NCBI GenBank assembly: GCA_031396505.1
Contig: JANNKX010000108.1
Coordinates: 1 to 61,508 of the forward strand
Source: Rhodobacterales bacterium
GTDB lineage: Bacteria > Pseudomonadota > Alphaproteobacteria > Rhodobacterales > Rhodobacteraceae
Direction of reading: 5' to 3'
DNA length: 61,508 bases
Positions 18,898 to 28,460 of this stretch are shown here, in pieces. The translations under genes and the position numbers were made by a program. Each line of letters starts with the position of its first letter. The stretch's first letter is position 1. The notes under the pieces were generated by a model, which was not told the origin of the DNA, did no database searches, and saw only the letters and a list, made by a program, of their open reading frames with translations.

Positions 18898-20068
18898 GTT
18901 CGTGCAGCGCCTCGCTACTTTTGTAAAGCGGCTTGGTCAGATAGGACAAGATCGTCTTACTACCGGTCTGCAATTCGACCGTGGCTTGCATGCCCGGGCG
19001 GATCTCAAGATTGCGCTGGCGGTCCGTCAATTGCGACAGGTCCACGCTGAGCGTTACCTTGTAATGCGGATCGCCATCCTGAGCGCGCGAACGTTCATCC
19101 GTGAAGGTGTCGGCTGATACAAACTGGACGGTCGCAGGCAGGGTGCCATAGATCGTATAGTCATAGGCCGACAGTTTCACCGTCGCCTCTTGGCCCACCA
19201 GAACAGATGCGATGTCCCGTGGCGCGACCTTCGCTTCGACGAATAATTCATCATCCAGTGGGATGATCTGCATGATCTCTTCGCCGGGTCGCACGACGCC
19301 GCCGATGGTGGTGACGCTGACCTTGTTCACCACGCCGCGCATGGGGGCCATCAGGACGGTGCGGCCCAACTGATCCTCGCCCTGTTTCAGACGCTGGCGC
19401 AGTGAGGCAAGTTCGGTTTGCACTTCGGCATAGTCGCTGGCGCGTTCCAGTTCGGTCTGACCGATCGCCTCGGCCAGGCGGGCCTCGGCATCGCTGAATT
19501 CCTTGCGGGCGCGGGTGACCTCGATCAGGGGGACGACCTCTTGATCCAGCATCCGTTCCATCAGATCAAGTTCTTGCCGCGCCTGTTCCAGCACAGCACC
19601 CGTGCCATCCTTGCGGGCGCGAAATTCGGTCTGGCGGGCTGTCAGCAGGGCCTTTTCAGACGACACGATCGCAGGCACGCGCAGTGCCCATTGATCGGGT
19701 ACCGCGAAATCCGTATCGCCCGCGATTTCGGCCTCAAGCCGGAGGCGGCGGATTTCACGGGCTGCGATCTGATCGGCAAGATCATCGACACCAGCCTGAT
19801 ACTGCGTGCCATACAACCGGGCGAGCATCTGGCCCGGTTCGACGATATCGCCCTCGGCCACAGTCAGTTCGGCAAGAATGCCGCCTTCCAGGTTCTGAAT
19901 GATTTGTGGGCGCGAGGATGGCACAACTTGGCCAGGCGCGCGCACAATTTCATCAACAAAGGCGAAAGCGGCCCAAAGGATGAATACCAATAGTGACAGG
20001 CCGATCATCCAGATCGTCAGGCTGGGGCCGCGACCGCGATCTTCGAATGGCTGATCGTAGGTGGTCAT
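18893..20068 (-). CDS. HlyD-family type I secretion periplasmic adaptor
   Basis: Start at ATG 20068 overlaps the ABC stop (ATGA). Single N-terminal TM helix, long coiled-coil region and a C-terminal barrel-like domain typical of T1SS membrane fusion proteins. Confidence 0.88.
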   Translation of the reverse strand: MTTYDQPFEDRGRGPSLTIWMIGLSLLVFILWAAFAFVDEIVRAPGQVVPSSRPQIIQNLEGGILAELTVAEGDIVEPGQMLARLYGTQYQAGVDDLADQIAAREIRRLRLEAEIAGDTDFAVPDQWALRVPAIVSSEKALLTARQTEFRARKDGTGAVLEQARQELDLMERMLDQEVVPLIEVTRARKEFSDAEARLAEAIGQTELERASDYAEVQTELASLRQRLKQGEDQLGRTVLMAPMRGVVNKVSVTTIGGVVRPGEEIMQIIPLDDELFVEAKVAPRDIASVLVGQEATVKLSAYDYTIYGTLPATVQFVSADTFTDERSRAQDGDPHYKVTLSVDLSQLTDRQRNLEIRPGMQATVELQTGSKTILSYLTKPLYKSSEALHER

Positions 20069-22272
20069 TTGCCCGCCCCCTGCGCCTTGTTCAGATGTGC
20101 GAGAACGGCATCGCGCGGGCCGTCCACTGCCATGCGGCCGTTTTGCAGGATGAGCGTGCGGGTCGTCAGTTGCAGGATCGGCACGCGGTGGGTGGCAATG
20201 ATTGCTGTGCGTCCGTCCAGCCACGTGTGCAGGCGGCTGACCATCGTCGCCTCCAGCGTCTGGTCAAGGGCGGCAGTTGGTTCATCCAAAATCGCCACGG
20301 CGGGGTTCTGCAGCCAAAGGCGCGCCCAGCCGATGCTTTGACGCTGACCGACAGACAAACCCTCGCCCATTTCCTTGATTTCCAGATCAAGTCCACGGGG
20401 GTGGGCGCGCACCATTTGGCCAAGACCCGCAAAGTCGAGTGCCGCAAGCAGGCGGTCGTCGTCACGTTCCAGTTGGGTCATGTTCAGGTTATCGCGGACG
20501 GTACCCGCAAACAGACGCACGTCTTGGCCCAAGTATCCGATCCCGCGCCGGATATCGCGCGGATGGACCTGCGCAATATCGACGCCGTCGATCATCACGC
20601 GGCCGGCGTTGGGTTCATAAAGTCCCGCCAAAAGCCGTAGTAATGTCGATTTCCCCGACCCGTTGGCCCCCAATACGGCAATCCTTTGCCCCGCAGGAAT
20701 TGCCAATGCGGGAATATCAAGTGTCGGGGCGGCCTTGGGGTCATACCGGAAATCAAGCCCGCTGATTTCAAACGCGCCCGTCAGTTTTTCGCGCCGCAGA
20801 TAAGTGCGATCCGCCTCTTCGACCTGCCGCGCATTGGCGACAACATCAAGGGCAACAAGGGCGGCCTTGGTATTGGACCAGCGCGCCATGGTTGCCGACA
20901 GCGCGGCCAGGGGGCCAAGAGTTCGGCTGGTGAGGATACCGATGGCGATGATGGTGCCAACCGTGAACTGACCCGCAAAGACAAGGTAAGTGCCAACGAC
21001 AACCGAGGTGATATAGGTGATCTGCTGCACACCCTGCGCCCAGTAACCCAACATCGCGGTCAGGTTGCGCTGTTCGGACGTTTTCTGCGATGTCAGAGCC
21101 ACAAGTTCACCCCAGATCCGCGCTACACGATCTTCGCCGCGCGTTGTGGTCAGGGTTTCCTGTTCATAGATCGCCTCGTACAGCATACGCCCGGCGCGGG
21201 TACTGGCCCCTTGCGTCGCCATGGTCAGAGCGACAATACGTTTCTGGAACAGGAGGCCGGGAAGAACCATCAGAAGCCCGCCCAAGATCAGAACCCAAAC
21301 AAGATTTCCGCCGATGGATGCAACAAGGGCAAGGAAAATCAGGATGAAAGGCAGGTCCGTCAGTGTGCCGATCGTCGAGGCGGAAAAGAATTCCCGGACC
21401 GATCCGAAGTCGCGCATGGCGGCAAACAACTGGCTTGGTTTGCGCTCTCCAGGTGCCGCGCGCATGTACAAAAGGCGTTGCATCAGGCGGTTTTGGACAG
21501 ACAATTCGATGCGCCGCCCGCTGAGGTCCATCAGGCTGGACCGTGCGAGTTTCAGGACACCTTCCAGCACAATCGCCAGAAACGCGCCGATGGCCAGCAC
21601 CCATAACGTGGATTCGGATTGATGCGGGATCACGCGGTCATAGACCTGCAAGGAAAACAGCGCCACCGACACCGCCAATAGATTGGCCACCAACGACCCA
21701 GCGGTTACCTCGATGAAAGCACGCCGGTGATGGGCGAATTCGCCCCAAAACCAGTGCGGCGCGACGGCGGTATCGCTGTGACGGTCCTGCAGCGCATCAA
21801 GAGAGAGGGCGGCAACCACAACGCGTCCGGCATAAACCGCGCAGAACACCTGATGCGTGACCTCGCCGCGCATATCAGCGGAGGCTGGGTCATAGATAAA
21901 GATGTAATCATCGCTTTGGCCAAGAACCAGAACCACCGCGCCGTAGTTCATTTCGGCCAGTGCTGGCCAGGCCTGCGGGCCGGGTGCGCGCAGTTTCTGC
22001 ATCCGGCACGGCAGTCCGGCACCGCTCAACGCCGCTGCCAGCGTGCCGACAGCGGGCGCATCGCCTGTCGCATCGCGGCCCATCAGTTCAAGCACATCGC
22101 TGGTCGCAATATCGACACCAACAAGGCCAGAAAACACGGCTGCAAGGTTCGCCATTTCAATCGCCGCGTCCGAGTGGCGCGGGCGGGCGGCATCATTTGC
22201 GGGTGTCGCACGCACCACGGGTGGCGACACCCGCGCGGCATTCATATCAAACGAGATGACCCGATCATTCAT
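20065..22272 (-). CDS. Type I secretion ABC exporter (permease/ATPase) with N-terminal C39-like domain
   Basis: 735 aa. About 150-aa N-terminal C39-peptidase-like region with no obvious catalytic Cys in the expected N-terminal position. Six-TM domain. Walker A GANGSGKST, signature LSVGQRQ, Walker B ILDEPT. Confidence 0.9.
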   Translation of the reverse strand: MNDRVISFDMNAARVSPPVVRATPANDAARPRHSDAAIEMANLAAVFSGLVGVDIATSDVLELMGRDATGDAPAVGTLAAALSGAGLPCRMQKLRAPGPQAWPALAEMNYGAVVLVLGQSDDYIFIYDPASADMRGEVTHQVFCAVYAGRVVVAALSLDALQDRHSDTAVAPHWFWGEFAHHRRAFIEVTAGSLVANLLAVSVALFSLQVYDRVIPHQSESTLWVLAIGAFLAIVLEGVLKLARSSLMDLSGRRIELSVQNRLMQRLLYMRAAPGERKPSQLFAAMRDFGSVREFFSASTIGTLTDLPFILIFLALVASIGGNLVWVLILGGLLMVLPGLLFQKRIVALTMATQGASTRAGRMLYEAIYEQETLTTTRGEDRVARIWGELVALTSQKTSEQRNLTAMLGYWAQGVQQITYITSVVVGTYLVFAGQFTVGTIIAIGILTSRTLGPLAALSATMARWSNTKAALVALDVVANARQVEEADRTYLRREKLTGAFEISGLDFRYDPKAAPTLDIPALAIPAGQRIAVLGANGSGKSTLLRLLAGLYEPNAGRVMIDGVDIAQVHPRDIRRGIGYLGQDVRLFAGTVRDNLNMTQLERDDDRLLAALDFAGLGQMVRAHPRGLDLEIKEMGEGLSVGQRQSIGWARLWLQNPAVAILDEPTAALDQTLEATMVSRLHTWLDGRTAIIATHRVPILQLTTRTLILQNGRMAVDGPRDAVLAHLNKAQGAGK

Positions 22273-23609
22273 AGCCGCGCCCCATCAACCAACTGCCCAC
22301 GCACACGTGCGATCTGCAACTGCCGCAACGCGATTTCGTACTTCAAGGCCCCATGTTCACGTGCAAGCCGCGCATAGCTTTCATCTTGGCTGACCAGTTC
22401 AAGAAGGGTACGGCGGCCCACCTGATACTGTTCAGCGAATAGGTCGAGGTTGATCTTGGTCTGCGACAAGACCTGTGCCCCGTCGCGTTCGCGAATTTGT
22501 AGGGCTTCGATCTGCTGTTCCAGTGTCACGATATCGCGGCGCGCATCCATCGACGCTTCGGCGATACGGCGATCGGACAGATCTTCGGCGGCACCAAGGG
22601 CTGCAAGATCTGCGCCAAGGCCGAGGCCAATCAGGCTGTCGGTACCCAGCGTAAGCCCCGAAGCGACATCGCCGCTGTCATCCAGCGTCGCGCGGGCGCT
22701 GACGCCGGGCAGAAGTCCTGCGCGGGCAATCTTTGCCGCGGCAATGGTCCGCGCGCCGTCACCACGCGCGATCAGTACCGACAGCGGCTCGGTCCCCGCA
22801 TCGCTGCCCACCGCTTGTAAGCCGCGCCCAACTGTTCCAGAAGTGGCGGAAATCGCGTTCAGGCTGGCAAGGGCCGCGTTCACCGCTGCCTGATCTGACG
22901 CGAAGGTCGATTGCATCTCGGTCAGTTTCTGCCGGATAATCTGTGCCTCTGATCGGTCGGATAGGCCACCTGCCGTACGCACCCCCACGACGCGATCATA
23001 TTCGCGCAAACGGTCAACGGCCGCCCCGGCCACAGCACTTTGTTCGCGGGCAAGTTCACTTTCGATATAGTAAGAAAGGCCTTCATAGACCCGGTCATTC
23101 ATGTCCTGCGCCAAGACGACGGCGGCCACTTCAACATCAGCGGCGGCAAAATCGCGTTCTGCCTTGTTGCGACCATTGTCAAAAATCGTCTGTTCCAGAA
23201 CCATCGACGCCAGCACCGAACCCAGCGAGGCAAGATTGACCGCAGGCCCTATGGACGGCAGCCAGTTCTTGGAACGCGCTTCGGCCCGAAGGCGTGCAAT
23301 ACGCAACTCGGCAACGGCAGTCCCCGCGCTGGCCGCAATCACGCTATCGGCGACGGCGGTAAAGGGGCCGTTGCCTTCGATGACGCTGCGGCGACTGCGC
23401 AAGCTGTCGATGAGGCCGGAGGTGACGACGCCCTGTTCGGTAAATGAGCCTGGCTGCGGCGTATCATTTGGCCCCAAGCCTTGTCCGATACCCAGCCTCG
23501 CGGCTTGCGGGTCACCAATGCAGCCTGACAACAAAGTCAGGGCCGCAATGGCGGCGGGAAGGGGGTGCCGTGGCCCCCATCCCGGATGGTGTTTTGCAAG
23601 CAAGGGCAT
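22269..23609 (-). CDS. tolC: TolC-family outer-membrane channel (lipoprotein-type signal)
   Basis: 446 aa. Lipobox-like LLSGC. Two-fold internal repeat of coiled-coil/beta segments. Sits between the T1SS substrate and the ABC gene. Confidence 0.8.
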   Translation of the reverse strand: MPLLAKHHPGWGPRHPLPAAIAALTLLSGCIGDPQAARLGIGQGLGPNDTPQPGSFTEQGVVTSGLIDSLRSRRSVIEGNGPFTAVADSVIAASAGTAVAELRIARLRAEARSKNWLPSIGPAVNLASLGSVLASMVLEQTIFDNGRNKAERDFAAADVEVAAVVLAQDMNDRVYEGLSYYIESELAREQSAVAGAAVDRLREYDRVVGVRTAGGLSDRSEAQIIRQKLTEMQSTFASDQAAVNAALASLNAISATSGTVGRGLQAVGSDAGTEPLSVLIARGDGARTIAAAKIARAGLLPGVSARATLDDSGDVASGLTLGTDSLIGLGLGADLAALGAAEDLSDRRIAEASMDARRDIVTLEQQIEALQIRERDGAQVLSQTKINLDLFAEQYQVGRRTLLELVSQDESYARLAREHGALKYEIALRQLQIARVRGQLVDGARL

Positions 23610-23624
23610 TGCCCCAGCCTCCGA

Positions 23625-26600
23625 TCAGACGACTCGCTGGATATCGTCGTCCAGCAGGACGGTCGCACCCATATTGCCCAGCGTGTAGACGCTGTAGGTC
23701 TGACCGTCGATCGTGACGTTGTTGCCGGTGTCGTTCGCCCCCGTCATCGTCACGGTGTCATCCGCACCACCTGCAATCGTCAGGGTCTTGTCGGCCCCCG
23801 TCAGACTGCGGATTTGCGCGTCGGTGATGGTCAGGCTGGCTTGTGGCGCAACCGTCAGATCAATCGTGCTGAAGTCAAACCCCTGCAAACCGGTTCGGTT
23901 CAGATCAACCGTGCTGGAACTGGTGTTGTTTACGATGAACAGCGTGCTGGATTCGTTTCCTGCGGTATCTTCGGTGTTGATGACAAGATAAGTGCCGTCC
24001 GGCACGCGGTTGGTGCCGAAGGAATAGTTTGTCTCGCCCGGCTTGTTGTCCGGATCTATGGACTCCGTTGCAGCCATGGCCGTCGCGGAACCGGATGCGC
24101 CAACCTTGAAAAAGGTCAAGTCATCATCACTGCTGGTTACGCCCACACCACGCACGCCGCTTGATGCCGGGCGGACATCCCGGTCAAAGGTGATGACGTC
24201 AGGTGCGCCCGGTGCCACGGTATCAACCGCGAATGTTTCGGTGATAACGGCGGTGTTTCCGGCACGGTCAATGGCCGTGATGGTTGCCGTGGTGCTGACC
24301 TCACCTGTCGGCAATTCGCCGACCGCAAAGGTTGCTGACCACAGGCCGTTTGCGCCGGCCTGCACTGTGTGGCTGGAACCGTTGGCGAGGCGAACCACCA
24401 CCGAAGAATTCGGCTCTACCGTGCCTTGCAGTGTCAGGCCAGACGCGACTTCGAGCGCGTTCAGGACGCCGTCGCCACCGATGGTGCCACCCGTGCGGGC
24501 AAAGTTGCGCACCACTGTGTCGATTTGCACCTGTTGGGTCAGGATCGATGTGTTGCCGACCGCATCCGTAGCCGTGGCCGTCATCGGAACCGTACTTTCG
24601 CCTGCGGGGATCTGGTTCGCAGGGATGACGGCTGACCATGTGGTCCCGTTCACGGTTGCCGCGATGCTGGTGCCGTTGGCAAGTTTGACCATAACGGTTG
24701 AACCCGCCTCGACCGTGCCCGTCACAGTCAGGCCAGCGTCTGCCTCGACCTTGTTGACGACCGTATCGGCCCCGGTCGGCACAATGTTGGAGGTGAAGGG
24801 CTGCACGACCGTGTCGACACGCACCTGGTGGCTGGCGGTGTCGGTGTTGCCGGCAAGATCGGTTGCGGTGACCGTAACGGTCATATCGTACTGACCGGGC
24901 CGCACTTCGCCTGCGGTCCAGCTTGCCGTCCAGTTACCGTTTCCGTCTGCGGTGACGGTGCGGGTGATGCCGTCAAAGGTGACGGCCACCCTTGCACCCG
25001 CCTCGGCGGTACCAGTCAGGACGATGCCATTTGCGGCCTCGGATCCGGATTCGATGTTGTCGCCACCGAACTGGCTGCTGCCGATAGTGACATCGGTGCC
25101 AGTGTCGATGGTGATGGTACGGGTGTCTGTCGCAGTGTTGCCTGCAGCATCGCGGGCCGTGACAGTGGCCGTCGTCGCCATCGGCAGCATGCTGGTTGGC
25201 AGGCCATCGGCGGCAAAGTTGACCGTCCATGTCCCATTTGTCGCGACTGCCGCGGGCATGGTCTGCCCATTCCAGGTCACCGAAACCGTTGCGCCCGGCT
25301 GTGCCGTGCCTGTCAAAGTCACGCCATCGGCGCGTTCCGTCGCGTTCACGGTGTTGTCGGTTTCTACAGGGGCCGACGCAAAAGCCACGGATGTTGTGGT
25401 ATCAACCCGCATTACATGGGTTGCTGTACGAATATTGCCTGCGGCATCGGTTGATGTTGCATTGATCGTCGCATCATATTCGCCGCCGGTTAGCGAACCC
25501 GCCGCCCAGTTCAGCGACCATTTTCCATCGCCGCCGACCGTAACCGTGCGCGTGATGCTCTGCAGCGTCATGCTGATCGTCGAACCTGCCGTGCCCATGC
25601 CGCTGATGGTGAAACCCGCCGTATTTTCGGCGCCGTTTACCGTGTTATCTGCCGTCACAGGATCGAATGCGATGGTGTTGGGAATGGTGTCGATGACCAC
25701 GCGGTCATTGACAATCGTCACGTTGCCCAGTGGGTCTGTCGCGCGGATCACGGCGGGAACGGTATATTCGCCGCCCGGCAGTTCCGTGGTCGTGTAGTTG
25801 ACAGACCACGTTCCGGAGGTGCCCACAGTGACGGTTTTGACGATGTTGTTGATCGTAACGCTGAGGGTTGCACCTGCCTCGGACGTGCCTGTCAGCGTGA
25901 CGCCGTTGGCATGTTCAGCAAGGTTTTCGACGTCGCCATTGCTCTCAAACCCTTGCGTCAGGCTGACGGGGGGCGGTGTCAGATCGATGACATAGTTCGG
26001 GCCATCCAACGGAATCGGTGTACCACCCGGCGGCGTGACGACGACATCAGAGTCGTAATTTCCATCTGGCGGCAGACTGGTACCGGGAAAGGTCACGCCC
26101 CATGTGCCATCGGGCCGGATCGTCGTGGTTTGCGTCTGGTTGCCAACGGTAACGACAACCGCATCGCCTACCACGCCCGTACCGGTGATATCAAGGTCAC
26201 GGTCGACAGTATTGCTTGTGATTGTTTCTGTCCGGCCTGGATTGTCGACCGTGGGCTGGGGGCGGCCACCGCCGCCGCCATCGCCATCGCCGCCACCCAG
26301 CAGCAGCCCGCCACCGATCAGACCCGCGCCAATGCCGCCCGCGCCAAGACCCCCACCCAGCAGACCCGGAATGAACAAGCCCTGCCCCGCGGGTTCGTCG
26401 CTGACAGCGACAGCTTGGGCGAAGTTGTCACCGTCTACAAAGCGCAGATCGTCAAGAACGCTGTACTTATCCCAGCTGTCGGTCGCGCCATAGCTTGCAA
26501 ACTGGGTTCCTTCGCCGCCCGTCAGATCAACCGCGATCACCTCGCCATTGGTCGACAGATACAGCAGGTTCTGTTCCGCACCGGCAAAAAAGCCCGCCAG

Positions 26601-26804
26601 TTTGACCGTGCTGCCATCGGTAAGCGTGATCAAAAGATCGCCGCCCGCCCGTTCATAGGCAACCACGCTGTTGCGGGACAGGTTGAGCGAGATTTCGTCG
26701 CCCGATCCCATCTGAATGAAATTGCTGCCCGTATCACCGCCGACAGCACCACGTACCAAACCGCCCGCTGAATCGCGAACGGCGAAATCAATCGCCTGCA
26801 CCAT
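23625..26804 (-). CDS. Large Ig-like-repeat surface protein, probable T1SS-secreted adhesin
   Basis: 1059 aa with no Sec signal. N-terminal about 130-aa module, a Gly-rich hydrophobic stretch, about 7 tandem 90-97-aa Ig-like units (GVTLTGTxEAGATVxV...DxAGN...VDT), and an acidic C-terminal tail ending LLDDDIQRVV. First gene of the T1SS operon. Confidence 0.85.
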   Translation of the reverse strand: MVQAIDFAVRDSAGGLVRGAVGGDTGSNFIQMGSGDEISLNLSRNSVVAYERAGGDLLITLTDGSTVKLAGFFAGAEQNLLYLSTNGEVIAVDLTGGEGTQFASYGATDSWDKYSVLDDLRFVDGDNFAQAVAVSDEPAGQGLFIPGLLGGGLGAGGIGAGLIGGGLLLGGGDGDGGGGGRPQPTVDNPGRTETITSNTVDRDLDITGTGVVGDAVVVTVGNQTQTTTIRPDGTWGVTFPGTSLPPDGNYDSDVVVTPPGGTPIPLDGPNYVIDLTPPPVSLTQGFESNGDVENLAEHANGVTLTGTSEAGATLSVTINNIVKTVTVGTSGTWSVNYTTTELPGGEYTVPAVIRATDPLGNVTIVNDRVVIDTIPNTIAFDPVTADNTVNGAENTAGFTISGMGTAGSTISMTLQSITRTVTVGGDGKWSLNWAAGSLTGGEYDATINATSTDAAGNIRTATHVMRVDTTTSVAFASAPVETDNTVNATERADGVTLTGTAQPGATVSVTWNGQTMPAAVATNGTWTVNFAADGLPTSMLPMATTATVTARDAAGNTATDTRTITIDTGTDVTIGSSQFGGDNIESGSEAANGIVLTGTAEAGARVAVTFDGITRTVTADGNGNWTASWTAGEVRPGQYDMTVTVTATDLAGNTDTASHQVRVDTVVQPFTSNIVPTGADTVVNKVEADAGLTVTGTVEAGSTVMVKLANGTSIAATVNGTTWSAVIPANQIPAGESTVPMTATATDAVGNTSILTQQVQIDTVVRNFARTGGTIGGDGVLNALEVASGLTLQGTVEPNSSVVVRLANGSSHTVQAGANGLWSATFAVGELPTGEVSTTATITAIDRAGNTAVITETFAVDTVAPGAPDVITFDRDVRPASSGVRGVGVTSSDDDLTFFKVGASGSATAMAATESIDPDNKPGETNYSFGTNRVPDGTYLVINTEDTAGNESSTLFIVNNTSSSTVDLNRTGLQGFDFSTIDLTVAPQASLTITDAQIRSLTGADKTLTIAGGADDTVTMTGANDTGNNVTIDGQTYSVYTLGNMGATVLLDDDIQRVV
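24210..26222 (-). repeat. About 7 diverged tandem coding repeats (Ig-like domains) inside the adhesin gene
   Basis: A recurrent protein-level pattern (V/L)T(L/V)TGT-x-E-x-G-(A/S)-x-(V/L)-x-V ... G-x-W ... D-x-(A/L)-GN ... (V/I)DT appears about every 90-97 aa from roughly aa 195 to 865. Confidence 0.75.
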
Positions 26805-27124
26805 GATCTACTCCGCCTCAAATGCTGGATTTTGTTATCCAGCTCATTTTTCAGCCCTGATTTGGGCCATTGACATTAGGGGTAAGAGATTTCTTGCTCA
26901 ATTTCTAGTGGTTGCTTTTCATCATCGCCTGCATTCTGCAAAATTTTGGCCACAGTCGCGCCACAATGCTGCTTTTGTTGTGAAAAATGCCACAGTTCAA
27001 TCGGCAAGTTTCCACCACCCTTAGTGGGCACTTGCGCCGGGCATACAGAATGTCTCGCGCATTTCTATGCCGTGTCCGCCAGCTTTGGCTTGATCATGCG
27101 CATGATGCGGCGTTTGATCGGCAA

Positions 27125-27775
27125 ATGGCCGCGCAACCTGACACACTCCTTTCGACACTGTTATCATGGATCGACATGGGTCGACTGAACCCCGGCGATG
27201 TGATTGACGAGGCGGCTCTTGTGGCCGAATTCACGGTGTCGCGCACCCCCGTGCGCGAAGCGCTGTTGCAACTGGAGGCGATGGGTTTGTTGCGCCGCTT
27301 GCCCCGCAAGGGTGCGGTGGTGTTTCGCCCGACACTGGAAGAGTTTCTGGCCATCCTTGAGGTGCACGCACGTCTGGAAGGGCAGGCCGCAGGTCTGGCA
27401 GCACGGCGTCTGTCGGTGACCGGTGCAGCGGCGTTGGAGGCCGTGGTGGCCGCGTGCGAGAACCATGCGACACAAAAGGGCGACCTTGATCCCGATGACT
27501 ATTACCAGTTGAACCTGCGATTCCACGAAACCGTGGCCATCGCGGGAGGCAATCCTTTCCTGACTGACATGATCAAGACCAACGCGCGCAAGCTGCTTGC
27601 GTACTATCGGGCGCGTTACCGATATGCCGGAATGATCGCGGCGTCGGCCCGCGAACACCGTGCTATTGCCTCCTTGATCCTGGGCCGCGATTCTGCAGAG
27701 GCAGAGGCATTGATGCAGCGTCATGTGCAGTTCGATCAGGTGACGGCGATGGATCTGCTGGCTGTGCTCGGATAG
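27125..27775 (+). CDS. GntR-family (FadR/FCD-type) transcriptional regulator
   Basis: Start at ATG 27125. wHTH block EAALVAEFTVSRTPVREALLQLEAMGLL followed by an all-helical FCD-like domain. Confidence 0.85.
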   Translation: MAAQPDTLLSTLLSWIDMGRLNPGDVIDEAALVAEFTVSRTPVREALLQLEAMGLLRRLPRKGAVVFRPTLEEFLAILEVHARLEGQAAGLAARRLSVTGAAALEAVVAACENHATQKGDLDPDDYYQLNLRFHETVAIAGGNPFLTDMIKTNARKLLAYYRARYRYAGMIAASAREHRAIASLILGRDSAEAEALMQRHVQFDQVTAMDLLAVLG

Positions 27776-28460
27776 TGCCCTCGAAAAATCTTGCGATGCC
27801 TTCGGCAAAATCAGCAGTATAAGCTCGGTCTTTAAGCGACACTCGTGCGGCCTCGGCGATGCCCTCGGGCAGTTTTGGTCCGATTGCATCGACCAACGCC
27901 ATGATAAAGCCATGGCTCATTTCCGGGTGATACTGCGTGGTGAACACATGATCCCCAATCGCAAAGCTCGCGACCGGGCAATGATCACTGATTGCAAGTA
28001 CCTTTGCCCCATGCGGCAACTGTGTGACCTGTTCCAGATGCGCGGCGTATTGCGCGATCGGCCCGGCCGGCACCCACGGATTGTCGGTAAACGTCATCTC
28101 GGTCAGCCCAAGCATCCAGCCCCCCGGATTGCGCGTCACACGCCCGCCAAGCGCCATGGCAATCGCCTGATGCCCAAAGCACGCGCCAAAAAGCGGTTCA
28201 CCCCGCGCAACGATCTCTGGGATCAGGTCCATCACGCGCGCAATCCATAGCGCGTCATCATGTACCGATGCCGGGCTGCCACCGATGATCCAGCCGTCAA
28301 AGCGGCGTTCAGGGAACTCTCCATGTGGCAGATCAAACGCCGTCACGCGCCAATCGGGGCGCACTGATGCGATCAATGTGGCAAATTTTTCCGCATCCCG
28401 CGGATGCGACGCGGCAAAGGTGCTGTCATCTGTGTTGGTGATCAAAAGGCCCAGATGCAT
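27663..28460 (-). CDS. Class-I glutamine-amidotransferase-like protein (candidate gamma-glutamyl-amide hydrolase)
   Basis: Start at ATG 28460 (MHLGLLITN...). Nucleophile elbow GACFGHQ and QYHPE (His/Glu of the triad). No synthase domain attached. The 3' tail overlaps gntR convergently. Confidence 0.8.
   Translation of the reverse strand: MHLGLLITNTDDSTFAASHPRDAEKFATLIASVRPDWRVTAFDLPHGEFPERRFDGWIIGGSPASVHDDALWIARVMDLIPEIVARGEPLFGACFGHQAIAMALGGRVTRNPGGWMLGLTEMTFTDNPWVPAGPIAQYAAHLEQVTQLPHGAKVLAISDHCPVASFAIGDHVFTTQYHPEMSHGFIMALVDAIGPKLPEGIAEAARVSLKDRAYTADFAEGIARFFEGTIRAQPADPSPSPDRTAHDAASMPLPLQNRGPGSRRQ

Noticed and set aside
23625-23800. Possible RTX nonapeptide repeats in the adhesin C-terminus (GGADDTVTM TGANDTGNN)
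   Set aside because: The repeats do not fit GGxGxDxUx: the Gly at position 4 and Asp at position 6 are missing, and only one or two degenerate copies exist. I describe it only as an acidic C-terminal secretion-signal-like tail.
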